Shown: positions 9,237 to 19,200 of the stretch, piece by piece
Layout of the letters: the number at the start of each line of letters is the position of its first letter
How positions within the stretch are numbered: position 1 is the first letter of the stretch
Assembly (NCBI GenBank): GCA_017517685.1
Contig: JAFWYK010000002.1
Location: 11,477 to 75,476, forward strand
Length of the DNA stretch: 64,000 nucleotides
Direction of reading: 5' to 3'
Source of the DNA: Clostridia bacterium
Lineage (GTDB): Bacteria; Bacillota; Clostridia; TANB77; CAG-508
Notes under the pieces: model-generated
What the model saw: the letters and a program-made list of their open reading frames with translations, nothing else
What the model was told of the DNA's origin: nothing
Database searches by the model: none
Program-made: the position numbers and the translations under genes

Positions 9237-10563
9237 CTATTTTTTCCTTTTTAAATTTAAATTTTATATTTTCTTTATCATATTGAACTGCCATAAGAAA
9301 TACAGATATTATTAATGGTATTAAAAGTCTATAAGTAAAGAATGAATGAAGTGATGAATGATCTGCACAAACCACATACCATAATACAACTGCGATTATA
9401 GACATATGATATACAAAGCAGTTCTTATTATATACATTCTTTATACCATAATTAATAATATTAAATAATCCAATTGTTATAAATAAACTAGATACAAATA
9501 AATTTAATGGATTAAATAATAATTTAAAATTTTCTATAAGCGAATTTACAATTAACTTATCCATTGGTTTATCATTATCTTTAATCCCAATTCTAATTAA
9601 AATTTGCTCTAAAGATGTTTTAATTATATTTGTATCTGTTAGGATATCTGAAATAATCCATTTTGTTCCCCAAAAAAGTGCATATCCCAATGCCCAAGAT
9701 ATTACATTTAAAACAAATCGTATAAATATTTTTGAAAATTTTTCGTCTTCACATCTAACAATATTATTAACTATTATTGGTAATAAACAAGTTACTAGTG
9801 GTACAGTTAAAAAATCAAAATATGCAGTCATTATACCTGTTATAAATAATGCATAACTTAATTTCTTACTATTAATCACACCAATAGCAATCAAATTTGA
9901 TACTATAAGAGCTATTAACATAGCAAACATTCCTTGAATATTATAAGACCAAGTAGTTAAATCAAGCATAAAAAACGCAAGTAATATTACCATAGCTTCT
10001 TTTGATTTCCTATGTTTAATTACAAGTAAATATGCAAGCATTGTCAAAAGAGTAAGAACTAAAAGTTGAAGTATAATTCTTATTTCAACAACGTCAAAAA
10101 ATACAAGCATTATCCTTAAAATTATAATATATCCATGCCAATATCTAGCATATTCAAAAACTCTTTGGCTATAATTACCGTTTACTAATCCTTCTAATTC
10201 TTTTGTCATCTTAAAGCCAGAATAATCACTTTTTAAATTACCAGTTAAATCACGAACTACTTTCTGGTTACTATCCTCTAAATAATTTCTTCTTGCTTTT
10301 AAAATTCCATCTAATCTATCTGTTTCATCTAAACCGTATACTATATTTAACATTATTGCATCTGTTGAATTATGAAATAAAACGTCTCTTGTTAAAGATT
10401 TCTTTCTAAACTTTTCACCTTGTTCTAATAAAACTTCAGATGAAATTTCTACGTTTTCTTTAATCATAACTTTAGGAATAAAAGTCACTAAATATAGCGC
10501 TCCTATTCCTAAAACAACCATAACAACAAATGTTAAAACATATTTTAAAATATTTTTCATCAT
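9223..10563 (-). CDS. Polytopic integral membrane protein of unknown function, translationally coupled to rlmH
   Basis: More than 10 predicted hydrophobic helices; 14 nt overlap with rlmH. Confidence 0.45.
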   Translation of the reverse strand: MMKNILKYVLTFVVMVVLGIGALYLVTFIPKVMIKENVEISSEVLLEQGEKFRKKSLTRDVLFHNSTDAIMLNIVYGLDETDRLDGILKARRNYLEDSNQKVVRDLTGNLKSDYSGFKMTKELEGLVNGNYSQRVFEYARYWHGYIIILRIMLVFFDVVEIRIILQLLVLTLLTMLAYLLVIKHRKSKEAMVILLAFFMLDLTTWSYNIQGMFAMLIALIVSNLIAIGVINSKKLSYALFITGIMTAYFDFLTVPLVTCLLPIIVNNIVRCEDEKFSKIFIRFVLNVISWALGYALFWGTKWIISDILTDTNIIKTSLEQILIRIGIKDNDKPMDKLIVNSLIENFKLLFNPLNLFVSSLFITIGLFNIINYGIKNVYNKNCFVYHMSIIAVVLWYVVCADHSSLHSFFTYRLLIPLIISVFLMAVQYDKENIKFKFKKEKIDDRN

Positions 10564-10580
10564 TTGCCTCTATTTATATT

Positions 10581-12434
10581 TTATTGCCACTCACATGTTG
10601 CTGGTGGTTTACTTGTAACATCATACATTACAAACTCAATTTTATCAGAGAAGTTTTCTTCTATCTCTTTAATAATTTCTTCTATAGCTCCTTTGTCAGC
10701 TTCTGTTCCAATTGCTGCTGGTCTACCTGTCATAAAATCATTTGTTACAAATGTACGAATAGCTACAGAGTATTTTTTTGTTATTCCTATTGGAACAAGT
10801 ACTGCGAATGTTTGATTTGCTTTTGATTTTTCTAATTTAGAAGTAACTATTTTATCAAGTTCTCTTAATAAATCAACACATTCATCATTAATTTTCATAT
10901 CATAACAATTAATTGGTTCTGTTACATCTTTTTTATTTAAAATATAAGCAACCCTATTAATTGTGTTTATTTTATCTGTAATTTCTTTTGCTTTTGTTGT
11001 AACTTGGTTCCAATTTAAATCTGTACCATTTCCACTAAGTACTGCTAAATTTCTATAGCTTCTTGCATCTCCTTGAACTCCAACAGATTTTATTGGAAGT
11101 ATTTGTCCCTTTTCTCCTGTTCCATCTAAAACAGCTTTTATAGCATTAACTTCTTCAGTTGTTACAACAACTTCTTCAGTTTTATCATGACATAATAGTC
11201 TAATAGCTAATCCTGGTCCTGGGAATGGTTGTCTTGCAGCAATTGATTCTTCTAAGCCTAATCTTCTTGCAACATTTCTAACTTCATCTTTATGCCAATC
11301 AGCATTTGTTTCAACTATCAATCCTTTTTTACGAGCTTCTCTAACTGCAACAACATCATTATGATGTGTTTTGATTTTATGTGCAAATCCACTGATATCT
11401 GGATTACCACTTTCAATTAAGTCAGGTCTTAATGTACCTTGAGCAATAAAAGTATTTTCTGGATCTAATCCTAATCTTTCAATTACGTTATTAGTAATTT
11501 TAATAAAGATATCTCCAATTAATAATCTTTTATCTTCAGGTTCAACAGTATCAACTAATGGACCAACTTTTCTTCCTTCTACTTCTATAATTGTGTTAAA
11601 GAATGTATCTTTTGCATTTTCTCTAATTAGATTTTTTAATCCTAATTCTTTTAAGTTTTCACATATTACATCTGATTCATTTTTTCTCATAAATCCTGAA
11701 TCTACGTGAATTGCATAAATTTGTTCTGGATCTAAAGCTTTAACTAAAAGCGCTGCTGTAACAGCTGAATCAACACCACCACTTACTAGTACAATAACTT
11801 TACCATTTCCTACTTTTTCTTGAATCATTTTAATAGATGATTCAATTCTATCTTCTAATGCATAAACTTCTTTATATTCAGCAATCTTTCTAATAAAGTT
11901 TTCAAACATTACCATTCCATTTTCAGTTAAATCAACTTCTGGATGGAATTGAACACCATATAATTTTTTCTCAACATTACCTACACCAGCTATTTCTTCG
12001 CCAGTTTTTGCAATTACTGTAAATCCATTTGGTGTAACTTTAACAGTATCTCCATGGCTCATTAATACTTGTTGTTTTTCTTCTAATCCCTCAAATATTG
12101 GACTAGTTACATCTATTTTTATTTCTGTTTGTCCATATTCTTTAACTACATTGCTATCTACAACTCCACCGAAATGGTCAGACATAAGTTGCATACCATA
12201 ACAAATTCCTAGAATTGGTTTTCCTGAATCAAATATTTTCTCATCAAAATTTAATCTTTGTGATTCTCCAATATTATTTGGTCCTCCAGATAATATTACC
12301 GCTTTGTAATCTGCAAGTTCTTCTGCTCTTACATTGATAGGAAAAATATCAGATTTTACACCAAGTTCTCTTACTCTTCTATCAATTACTTTAGTATATT
12401 GTCCTCCACAATCAAGTATTGCTAACTTTTCCAT
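10581..12434 (-). CDS. guaA: GMP synthase (glutamine-hydrolysing), long form
   Basis: GATase N-terminus; SGGVDSAV PP-loop; KPPATCEWQ C-terminus; 617 aa with an apparent duplicated SVGV(Q/M)GD segment. Confidence 0.9.
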   Translation of the reverse strand: MEKLAILDCGGQYTKVIDRRVRELGVKSDIFPINVRAEELADYKAVILSGGPNNIGESQRLNFDEKIFDSGKPILGICYGMQLMSDHFGGVVDSNVVKEYGQTEIKIDVTSPIFEGLEEKQQVLMSHGDTVKVTPNGFTVIAKTGEEIAGVGNVEKKLYGVQFHPEVDLTENGMVMFENFIRKIAEYKEVYALEDRIESSIKMIQEKVGNGKVIVLVSGGVDSAVTAALLVKALDPEQIYAIHVDSGFMRKNESDVICENLKELGLKNLIRENAKDTFFNTIIEVEGRKVGPLVDTVEPEDKRLLIGDIFIKITNNVIERLGLDPENTFIAQGTLRPDLIESGNPDISGFAHKIKTHHNDVVAVREARKKGLIVETNADWHKDEVRNVARRLGLEESIAARQPFPGPGLAIRLLCHDKTEEVVVTTEEVNAIKAVLDGTGEKGQILPIKSVGVQGDARSYRNLAVLSGNGTDLNWNQVTTKAKEITDKINTINRVAYILNKKDVTEPINCYDMKINDECVDLLRELDKIVTSKLEKSKANQTFAVLVPIGITKKYSVAIRTFVTNDFMTGRPAAIGTEADKGAIEEIIKEIEENFSDKIEFVMYDVTSKPPATCEWQ

Positions 12435-12456
12435 AAAAATCTCCTTTATATATTTT

Positions 12457-13587
12457 TTATTTTGAAAACTTTCTTATTAGGGCTTCTGCATCTCCTGAGA
12501 ATTGTCCTTGTATCATTTGAGAACTTCCTCCACCCTTTATATCAAATTCTATTTTTAAATCATTTAAGACTTGTTTTAAATCTTGATTATTACTCATCAT
12601 TAAAAATCTTCCATCTGCTATAACACCTGCTATATTAGTTGTTTTTTCTTTTAATAAATTGCAATAATTTCTCATATCATTTGGTTCCATATCTGCATGA
12701 TATACTATGATATTTTCTCTTTCTCCAAATCCTGAGATTTCTTGTTTATAAATTTTATTCTTTAAAGAAGAAATTTCTTTTTTTAATTCTTCTTGTTCTT
12801 TTAATTGATTTTCAACTCCAGAATATACTTCGTTTGGCTTTAATGAAAGAAGCACGGAAATCTTATTAACTTGTTCATATTTAATTGTATAATCTTCAAC
12901 TGCTTTATATCCTGCAAGCATATAAATTCTTACACCATTTTTATATTTTTCAACCTTAAGAAGTTTAATTATTCCTATTTCTCCAGTTCTTGAAACATGT
13001 ACACCACAACATGCACATATATCATAACCTTCAATTTTTACTATTCTAATATCTTCATGAAGTTCAATTTTACTTCTATACTCAATATCTTTCGCTTCTT
13101 CTGGTGAATATATCTTTTCTTCAATTTTAATATTTTTATATACTGCTTGATTTGCCATTTTTTCAATATTTCTTAAATCACTTTCAGAAATATCTACAGG
13201 AAAATCCATAGTGATAAAATCTTTACCTATATGAAATCCAACATTAGAAGTTTGAAACATTTTACAAATAATTCCTGAAACAATATGTTCTGCAGTATGC
13301 GATTGCATATTTAAAAATCTATAATCCCAATCAATCTCACCTGTTACTTTAGTTCCTACTGGAATTTCTCTATCTACTATATGATAAATAATATCGTTCT
13401 TAACTTCTACTCTTAAAACATTAACATCATTTAATTTTCCTATATCTGATGGTTGTCCACCACCTTCAGGATAAAATGCTGTTTTATCAAGTACAACTTT
13501 TATTACTTTATCATTAATGCATTCTTTAACAGTTGCATCGAATTTAGTTAAATAATTATCCTTATAATATAATGTATCTTTAATCAT
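12457..13587 (-). CDS. AlaX-L type alanyl-tRNA editing protein (Ser-tRNA(Ala) deacylase)
   Basis: HTAEH (HxxxH) and CCGVHV zinc motifs of the AlaRS/ThrRS second additional domain; C-terminal GGGSSQMIQGQ resembles the AlaRS C-Ala domain. Confidence 0.7.
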   Translation of the reverse strand: MIKDTLYYKDNYLTKFDATVKECINDKVIKVVLDKTAFYPEGGGQPSDIGKLNDVNVLRVEVKNDIIYHIVDREIPVGTKVTGEIDWDYRFLNMQSHTAEHIVSGIICKMFQTSNVGFHIGKDFITMDFPVDISESDLRNIEKMANQAVYKNIKIEEKIYSPEEAKDIEYRSKIELHEDIRIVKIEGYDICACCGVHVSRTGEIGIIKLLKVEKYKNGVRIYMLAGYKAVEDYTIKYEQVNKISVLLSLKPNEVYSGVENQLKEQEELKKEISSLKNKIYKQEISGFGERENIIVYHADMEPNDMRNYCNLLKEKTTNIAGVIADGRFLMMSNNQDLKQVLNDLKIEFDIKGGGSSQMIQGQFSGDAEALIRKFSK

Positions 13588-13725
13588 TATTCGTTCCTTT
13601 CAAATTAGTGCGTCTATTATATCACAATTAATACATGCATTTCTACCCTTTTTTATATAAAAAATAAGCGAATCTTAAGCATTATCACGAACGCTACAAA
13701 TCCGCTTATCATTATTTACTATAAA

Positions 13726-13989
13726 TTAAGCAGCAGGTTCAACATCAGGTTCAACTGTTGTTGCATCTCCATCTGCATCTACTGGCGCATCTACGTCAGC
13801 TGTATTATTATCATTTTCACTAGTTACTGTATCATCAACTACAGGTGCCTCAACTACTGTTCCTGGATTTGTTACAGGTGCTTCATTTTCATTTGATAAA
13901 ACTAATGCAACTGTTAAACCAGCTAAAACTAACAATAATAATATTATTAGTATTAATGCAACTAATGTTATTCCTTTTTCACTTCTCAT
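13726..13989 (-). CDS. Small membrane-anchored/secreted acidic low-complexity protein
   Basis: N-terminal hydrophobic helix, then an acidic, Pro/Val/Asp/Ala-rich tail (VDAPVDADGDATTVEPDVEPAA). Confidence 0.35.
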   Translation of the reverse strand: MRSEKGITLVALILIILLLLVLAGLTVALVLSNENEAPVTNPGTVVEAPVVDDTVTSENDNNTADVDAPVDADGDATTVEPDVEPAA

Positions 13990-14160
13990 TTTAATTCCTC
14001 CTAAATACTTTTAACTTTTGTTCACTATAATAATTTTACACATAATATTTTCTTAATTCAAGTTATTTTTTATATCTTTTTTATAACAACATTTATTTTT
14101 CTTGTCATTTATGTATATAATATATTAAACTAATAAAAAACAATACTAAGGAGGCAAATT

Positions 14161-15522
14161 ATGTTTGATGAAATTATTGAAAATTATAAAAACGATATAA
14201 TTAATACAACTTCAGAACTAATAAAATTCCCAAGTGTATCTGAAGAAACAAACTTACCTGATAATCCATTTGGAGACAATTGTACAAATTGTTTAAATTA
14301 CTTTTTAAATATTGCTTCATCACTTGGATTTAGAACAAAAAATATTGATAATTATGCTGGTTATGTTGAATTTGGAGATGGCGATGAATTAGTTGGAATC
14401 ATAGGACATTTAGATGTTGTTCCAGCTCTTGAAGAAGATGGTTGGACTACTTCTCCATTTTCTCCTGAAGTAAGAGATAATAAATTATTTGGTCGTGGCT
14501 CAATTGATGATAAAGGTCCTGTAGTAGCAAGCTTATATGCTATGAAAGCTATTATGGATTCAGTTAAAGTATCAAAAACTGTAAGATTAATTGTAGGATT
14601 AAATGAAGAAAAAGGTTGGAAATGTATAGACTATTATAAAGATCACGAAAAATGGCCAACTATAGGGTTTAGTCCAGATGCTAATTTTCCAGGAATATAT
14701 GCCGAAAAAGGAATCATGTCTATTTCTGTAACAAGTCCATTAAATATAAATAGTTATGAAATTGTTGATATTGATTGTAAGTCAAATGCTATCAACGTTG
14801 TTCCAAAATATGTATCAATTACTCTTAAAGGAAATCAAAATATTATTTTAAATGAAAGTAATGATATTAAAATTACAAAAATTAACAACGACTTACTTAA
14901 AATAGAATCTTTTGGAATTGCAGCACATGCTGCTCATCCTGAACTTGGTAAAAATGCAATAAAACAATTAGTTGAATACTTAGTAAGCAACTTTGAATTT
15001 AATGAAAATATTCTAAAATCATATCTAGAATATGGCCTATTCTCTATTACAAGTCCAGAATTTATGAGTAAAGCTCCTATAGAAGATGAATCTGGAATAC
15101 TTACTTCTAATGTTGCATCTTTAAGTTATGAAAATGGAAAAGTTACATTTAACATAAACTTAAGAGTTCCTGTCACATATAAATTAGAAGATATACTTGA
15201 TAAATATAATTATTTTAAACAAGAAAGTAATGACTTTACCGTTTCTCTTCTTTCTACTCAAAATCCATTATATATTGAAAAAAATAGTTATCTTGTTGAA
15301 ACTTTAGTTAATATCTTTAATAAAAAAGCAAGATTATCAAGCTCACCTATTGCAATTGGCGGTGGAACATATGCTAGAGCATTTGAAAATTGTATTTCAT
15401 ATGGTTTAACTATGCCAGGTGAAAAAGATATGTGCCATCAAGTAGACGAATTTGTCAAAATAGATGATTTAATTCTAGGTTCAAAAATTTACGCAGAAGC
15501 AATTTATGAACTAGCAAAATAA
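14161..15522 (+). CDS. M20 family dipeptidase (PepV/Sapep-like)
   Basis: HLDVVP and GRGSIDDKG metal-binding motifs; AAGGAGG RBS. Confidence 0.8.
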   Translation: MFDEIIENYKNDIINTTSELIKFPSVSEETNLPDNPFGDNCTNCLNYFLNIASSLGFRTKNIDNYAGYVEFGDGDELVGIIGHLDVVPALEEDGWTTSPFSPEVRDNKLFGRGSIDDKGPVVASLYAMKAIMDSVKVSKTVRLIVGLNEEKGWKCIDYYKDHEKWPTIGFSPDANFPGIYAEKGIMSISVTSPLNINSYEIVDIDCKSNAINVVPKYVSITLKGNQNIILNESNDIKITKINNDLLKIESFGIAAHAAHPELGKNAIKQLVEYLVSNFEFNENILKSYLEYGLFSITSPEFMSKAPIEDESGILTSNVASLSYENGKVTFNINLRVPVTYKLEDILDKYNYFKQESNDFTVSLLSTQNPLYIEKNSYLVETLVNIFNKKARLSSSPIAIGGGTYARAFENCISYGLTMPGEKDMCHQVDEFVKIDDLILGSKIYAEAIYELAK

Positions 15523-15569
15523 ATAAAACAAAAACGGGCAGTTTTTTTATTAACTTGCCCGTTATTTTT

Positions 15570-16148
15570 TTATTTAACTACAGGAGAAAAATCTCTTCCT
15601 GTTACAAACTTTTCAAATATATTTTTTATATTTTCATCCATTTCTTTTGATGATTTATCATAATATTCTGCAACTAAATTATAAATATAATTTCTATGAT
15701 CATCATTTAATCTTTCATCTGTTTGATATAAATCAATTAATTTATAATAATATTCATAGATAGAAGATTCTTTTGCACCAAATATAACTTCAAATTCATC
15801 ATTATATATAATATCTTCAAAGTAAGCATAAAATTCTTTTTCTTCTGGTGATAGACTTGCATAAAATTCTCCTACAGTTTTTATATAAGCTTTATCAAAT
15901 GTTACCCAGAATGGCCCAAAATATTTAAAATTCTCTTCTTCTAAAAATCTATCTTCTAACATATTAAAATATATAATTTCATATCCTAGTCCTATATATT
16001 CAACAGATCCACCATCATTATAATATATTGGATATGCAAATATTGGTTCTTTATCATTTTGAAATCTTCCATAATCAATTGTAGAAAAAACAGTAATAAT
16101 TAATGCTACTCCTAAAAATGTTAGAATTGCTGTTCCATATTTTTTCAT
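15570..16148 (-). CDS. Secreted Tyr-rich hypothetical protein
   Basis: Signal-peptide-like N-terminus (MKKYGTAILTFLGVALIITVFS); no recognisable domain. Confidence 0.35.
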   Translation of the reverse strand: MKKYGTAILTFLGVALIITVFSTIDYGRFQNDKEPIFAYPIYYNDGGSVEYIGLGYEIIYFNMLEDRFLEEENFKYFGPFWVTFDKAYIKTVGEFYASLSPEEKEFYAYFEDIIYNDEFEVIFGAKESSIYEYYYKLIDLYQTDERLNDDHRNYIYNLVAEYYDKSSKEMDENIKNIFEKFVTGRDFSPVVK

Positions 16149-16212
16149 AAGTATCTCCTTTTTAACAAAAAAAGCTAGACAAAAGTCTAGCTCATTTATA
16201 ATTGGTTTTAAA

Positions 16213-17109
16213 TTATGCTCTTGGATGAGCTTTTTTATAAATATCTTTTAAATTTTCATTTTGGAATTGCATATAAACTTGTGTTGAAGATATATCTGAA
16301 TGTCCAAGCATTGTTTGAATAGCTTTTAAATCAGCTCCATTTTGTAAAAGATGTGTTGCAAAAGAATGTCTTAACACGTGTGGTGTAATTTCTTTTGTAA
16401 TGTGAGCTTGTTCTTTATAGAATTTTACTATTTTCCAGAATCCTTGTCTTGTTAATCTTTTTCCATTAACGTTAACAAATAATGCTCCAACTTTTTCATC
16501 TTTAATTAATATTGGTCTTGCTTTTTCAATATAATCTTTTAAAGCTTTTAATGAAATTGATCCAAGTGGAATATTTCTTTTCTTGAATCCTGTGTTACAT
16601 ACAACATAGCTTCCTTCTAAGTTAACATCTGTTATATCTAAAGATATAATTTCTGTAACTCTCATTCCTGTTGCATAAGCAAATTCAAGCATTGCTTTAT
16701 CTCTGATTCCTTTTAAATCTATATTTTTTGGTTGTTCTAATAATAATTCAACTTCTTTTGAAGTTAAAATACTAGGAACTTTTTTCTCAACTTTTGGAGA
16801 TTGAACTCCTACAGTAGGATCTACTTTAATTTTCTTAGTTCTTAATAAGAATTGATAAAAAGATCTTATTGTAGCTAGATTTCTAGATATTGTTGATGTT
16901 TTTTTGTTTAACATCTTTAATGCTTTAAAGTATTTTTCAATATCCTCATTATCTATTTTTAAATAATTTAAACCGTTTTTATCTATGTATTCTTGATATT
17001 GTGTAATATCTCTTTTGTAAGATTGTAATGTGTTTAATGATAATTTTTTGTCATTTTCAAGAAATTCTAAAAAAAGTTTAATTTGTTTTTCCATTACATA
17101 ACTCTCCAA
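16213..17109 (-). CDS. xerD: Tyrosine recombinase XerD-like
   Basis: HVLRHSFATHLL...GHSDISSTQVY catalytic R-H-R-Y region; adjacent to spoIIM as in Clostridia. Confidence 0.85.
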   Translation of the reverse strand: MESYVMEKQIKLFLEFLENDKKLSLNTLQSYKRDITQYQEYIDKNGLNYLKIDNEDIEKYFKALKMLNKKTSTISRNLATIRSFYQFLLRTKKIKVDPTVGVQSPKVEKKVPSILTSKEVELLLEQPKNIDLKGIRDKAMLEFAYATGMRVTEIISLDITDVNLEGSYVVCNTGFKKRNIPLGSISLKALKDYIEKARPILIKDEKVGALFVNVNGKRLTRQGFWKIVKFYKEQAHITKEITPHVLRHSFATHLLQNGADLKAIQTMLGHSDISSTQVYMQFQNENLKDIYKKAHPRA

Positions 17110-17196
17110 TCATTTTTTGTTTTTTTATATTTTACCTATATAATTTACATAAGGTATTTATGTTATATCAAATATCTTCAAAAAAGTAAAGTCTTT

Positions 17197-17805
17197 TTAA
17201 AGAAATTCTTTTAAAAATATTAATAAATTCACAGAAACATAAACTTCTATCAAGCTCGATATTATGACAATCATAATTGAAATCAACATAATAATGCTAT
17301 GACGAATTACTTCTTCTTTTAGGTATGTGCATTTTTTGCATATACCTTTATATAACTTTATTCCATTTTCTGCTATTAAAAATATTCCAGGAATTAATAT
17401 CATATTCTGTAGTACAAATGTGCTTAAAATAAGCATTATTCCAACTTTAGATTCTATTGATGCCACTAAAGCAGCACAAGTATATCCTATAGCAAAACCT
17501 TTATATATAATTGCAAGATATATTAGACATCCTCCAACAATTGTACAACCTAAAAACCATATTAATAATATATATGAAACATTATCTTTTATACTCAGAA
17601 TTAACATATCAAATTTATTTATCTGATTTTGACCTTTAATATTTGAAACAACATTATCCAAGTATTCGTTTATTTCAGTCTTAATATCGTTTGAAAGATT
17701 ATTTATAATTATAATTCCTAAAACGATACCAATCAAAAATAAAATTGAAAGTATAATATAATTCTTTTTATTTCTAAGTATGTATTCATATAATACTTTT
17801 TTCAT
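17197..17805 (-). CDS. spoIIM: Stage II sporulation protein M
   Basis: Five-helix membrane protein; LQNMILIPGIF resembles B. subtilis SpoIIM PQNFILIP; synteny with xerD. Confidence 0.65.
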   Translation of the reverse strand: MKKVLYEYILRNKKNYIILSILFLIGIVLGIIIINNLSNDIKTEINEYLDNVVSNIKGQNQINKFDMLILSIKDNVSYILLIWFLGCTIVGGCLIYLAIIYKGFAIGYTCAALVASIESKVGIMLILSTFVLQNMILIPGIFLIAENGIKLYKGICKKCTYLKEEVIRHSIIMLISIMIVIISSLIEVYVSVNLLIFLKEFL

Positions 17806-17895
17806 TTTCTACCCTTTACTAATTCATATTATTAAAAGGAACAAATATTTAATTCATTCCTTTTGATTAATAAAGTGTATTCAAATTATTATTAA

Positions 17896-19083
17896 TTATT
17901 CTACTTTTCCGTATACTCCTCCGCCGCCTTCAACAATATGCATTTTTCCATCTCTTGCAGAAATTATATTTTTTGCAATTTTGCTTCCAACAACACCTTC
18001 TATATCGTCATTTGATAATTTATGTAATATAGTCATTTCTGTACCAAAATGATCCAATAGTTTATCTATAGTCTTACCACCAAGTCCTGGTATAAATGTA
18101 AGAGGTATTTGATAAACATATTCAGGTCTTATTTCTGGACTTTGAGTTTCTTTTTTATCTTTTATTATTTCAATCCTGTCATAAACACCCATTGTAATGT
18201 TTTTGCTTTCACATTCTAAGCATCTAGTTACTGGTGCATCTCCAGGAATTCTTTTATCACAAACTTCACAATATGTTCTATGATATTTACCAAGTTTAGG
18301 GTCTAAACCATAATTAGCTATAATCTTTCTTCCTTCTTCGTTTTTTAAAGCCATTATGAACTCTTTAAAGCTAATTCCACCAAGTTGCATCTTATTATAT
18401 TCTCTTGCTATTTTGGGAAGAGAATGAGCATCTGAATTTGTTAAAAATGTTTTTGTTTCAAGTTCACTAATTTGATCTGCTAAGAAAGTATCTGAGCTTA
18501 AACCAAGTTCAATTGCTGGAATTAAATCATATTTTTCCTTAAAAATTTTTCTTAATGAATCTGTACAATTTCCATAGAAACTTTTATGTGGTGTAAAGCA
18601 GTGTGCAGGTACTAAAATACCATTATACTTAGTTACTATATCAATTAATTCATATGCAGATATATCTGCTCTTTGAGAACTTAAAGTTATATTTTTAATA
18701 TGTCCTCTCATTTCATTTGAAAATGCTTTTATGTCATTTAATGTTGGAAAATAGCATAAGTTATGAGCACTACCTGTTTTTCCTTCATCATTAATTTCTG
18801 AAGTTTCAATTTCACTTCCTAAAATAATACATACCTTATCTTTATAAATAATACCACCATCTGGTATTTCATATGCTTCTCCTGTTGCTAAAAAGTTTTC
18901 TATATCTTCTATTACATATGGTGAAGCACAATCTATAATTCCAACTAAATTAATACCTTTTCTTTCAACACATTCTTTTGCAATATTTGCAAAATTTAAG
19001 CTTCTTGCAGCTGTTATTTTAATTGGTTTATTACTTTCACTTCTTCCTATATGAACATGTAAATCTGCATAAATTTCGTACAT
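17896..19083 (-). CDS. PHP-domain nuclease-like protein with zinc ribbon and helix-hairpin-helix tail (endonuclease Q-like)
   Basis: ADLHVHIGRS PHP start; CEVCDKR...CLECESK zinc ribbon; GLGGKTIDKLLDHFG HhH; start set at MYEIY because GAGGAG lies 7 nt upstream. Confidence 0.5.
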   Translation of the reverse strand: MYEIYADLHVHIGRSESNKPIKITAARSLNFANIAKECVERKGINLVGIIDCASPYVIEDIENFLATGEAYEIPDGGIIYKDKVCIILGSEIETSEINDEGKTGSAHNLCYFPTLNDIKAFSNEMRGHIKNITLSSQRADISAYELIDIVTKYNGILVPAHCFTPHKSFYGNCTDSLRKIFKEKYDLIPAIELGLSSDTFLADQISELETKTFLTNSDAHSLPKIAREYNKMQLGGISFKEFIMALKNEEGRKIIANYGLDPKLGKYHRTYCEVCDKRIPGDAPVTRCLECESKNITMGVYDRIEIIKDKKETQSPEIRPEYVYQIPLTFIPGLGGKTIDKLLDHFGTEMTILHKLSNDDIEGVVGSKIAKNIISARDGKMHIVEGGGGVYGKVE

Positions 19084-19149
19084 TATTTTCTCCTCAAATA
19101 TATTTATTTTCCTTAGCAATTATATTGCAATTATTTCTCTTTTTCAAGA

Positions 19150-19186
19150 AAAAAGATGAGTCAAGTTTTATCTTTTCTCATCTTTA
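19150..19186 (-). terminator. Possible intrinsic terminator
   Basis: AAAGATGAG...CTCATCTTT stem with a long loop; weak. Confidence 0.3.
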
Positions 19187-19200
19187 GTAAACTTTTAATA

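Noticed and set aside
16213-17109. Tyrosine recombinase considered as marker of an integrated mobile element
   Set aside because: Adjacent to spoIIM in conserved chromosomal synteny (xerD-spoIIM); no att-like repeats, tRNA target or phage genes nearby.
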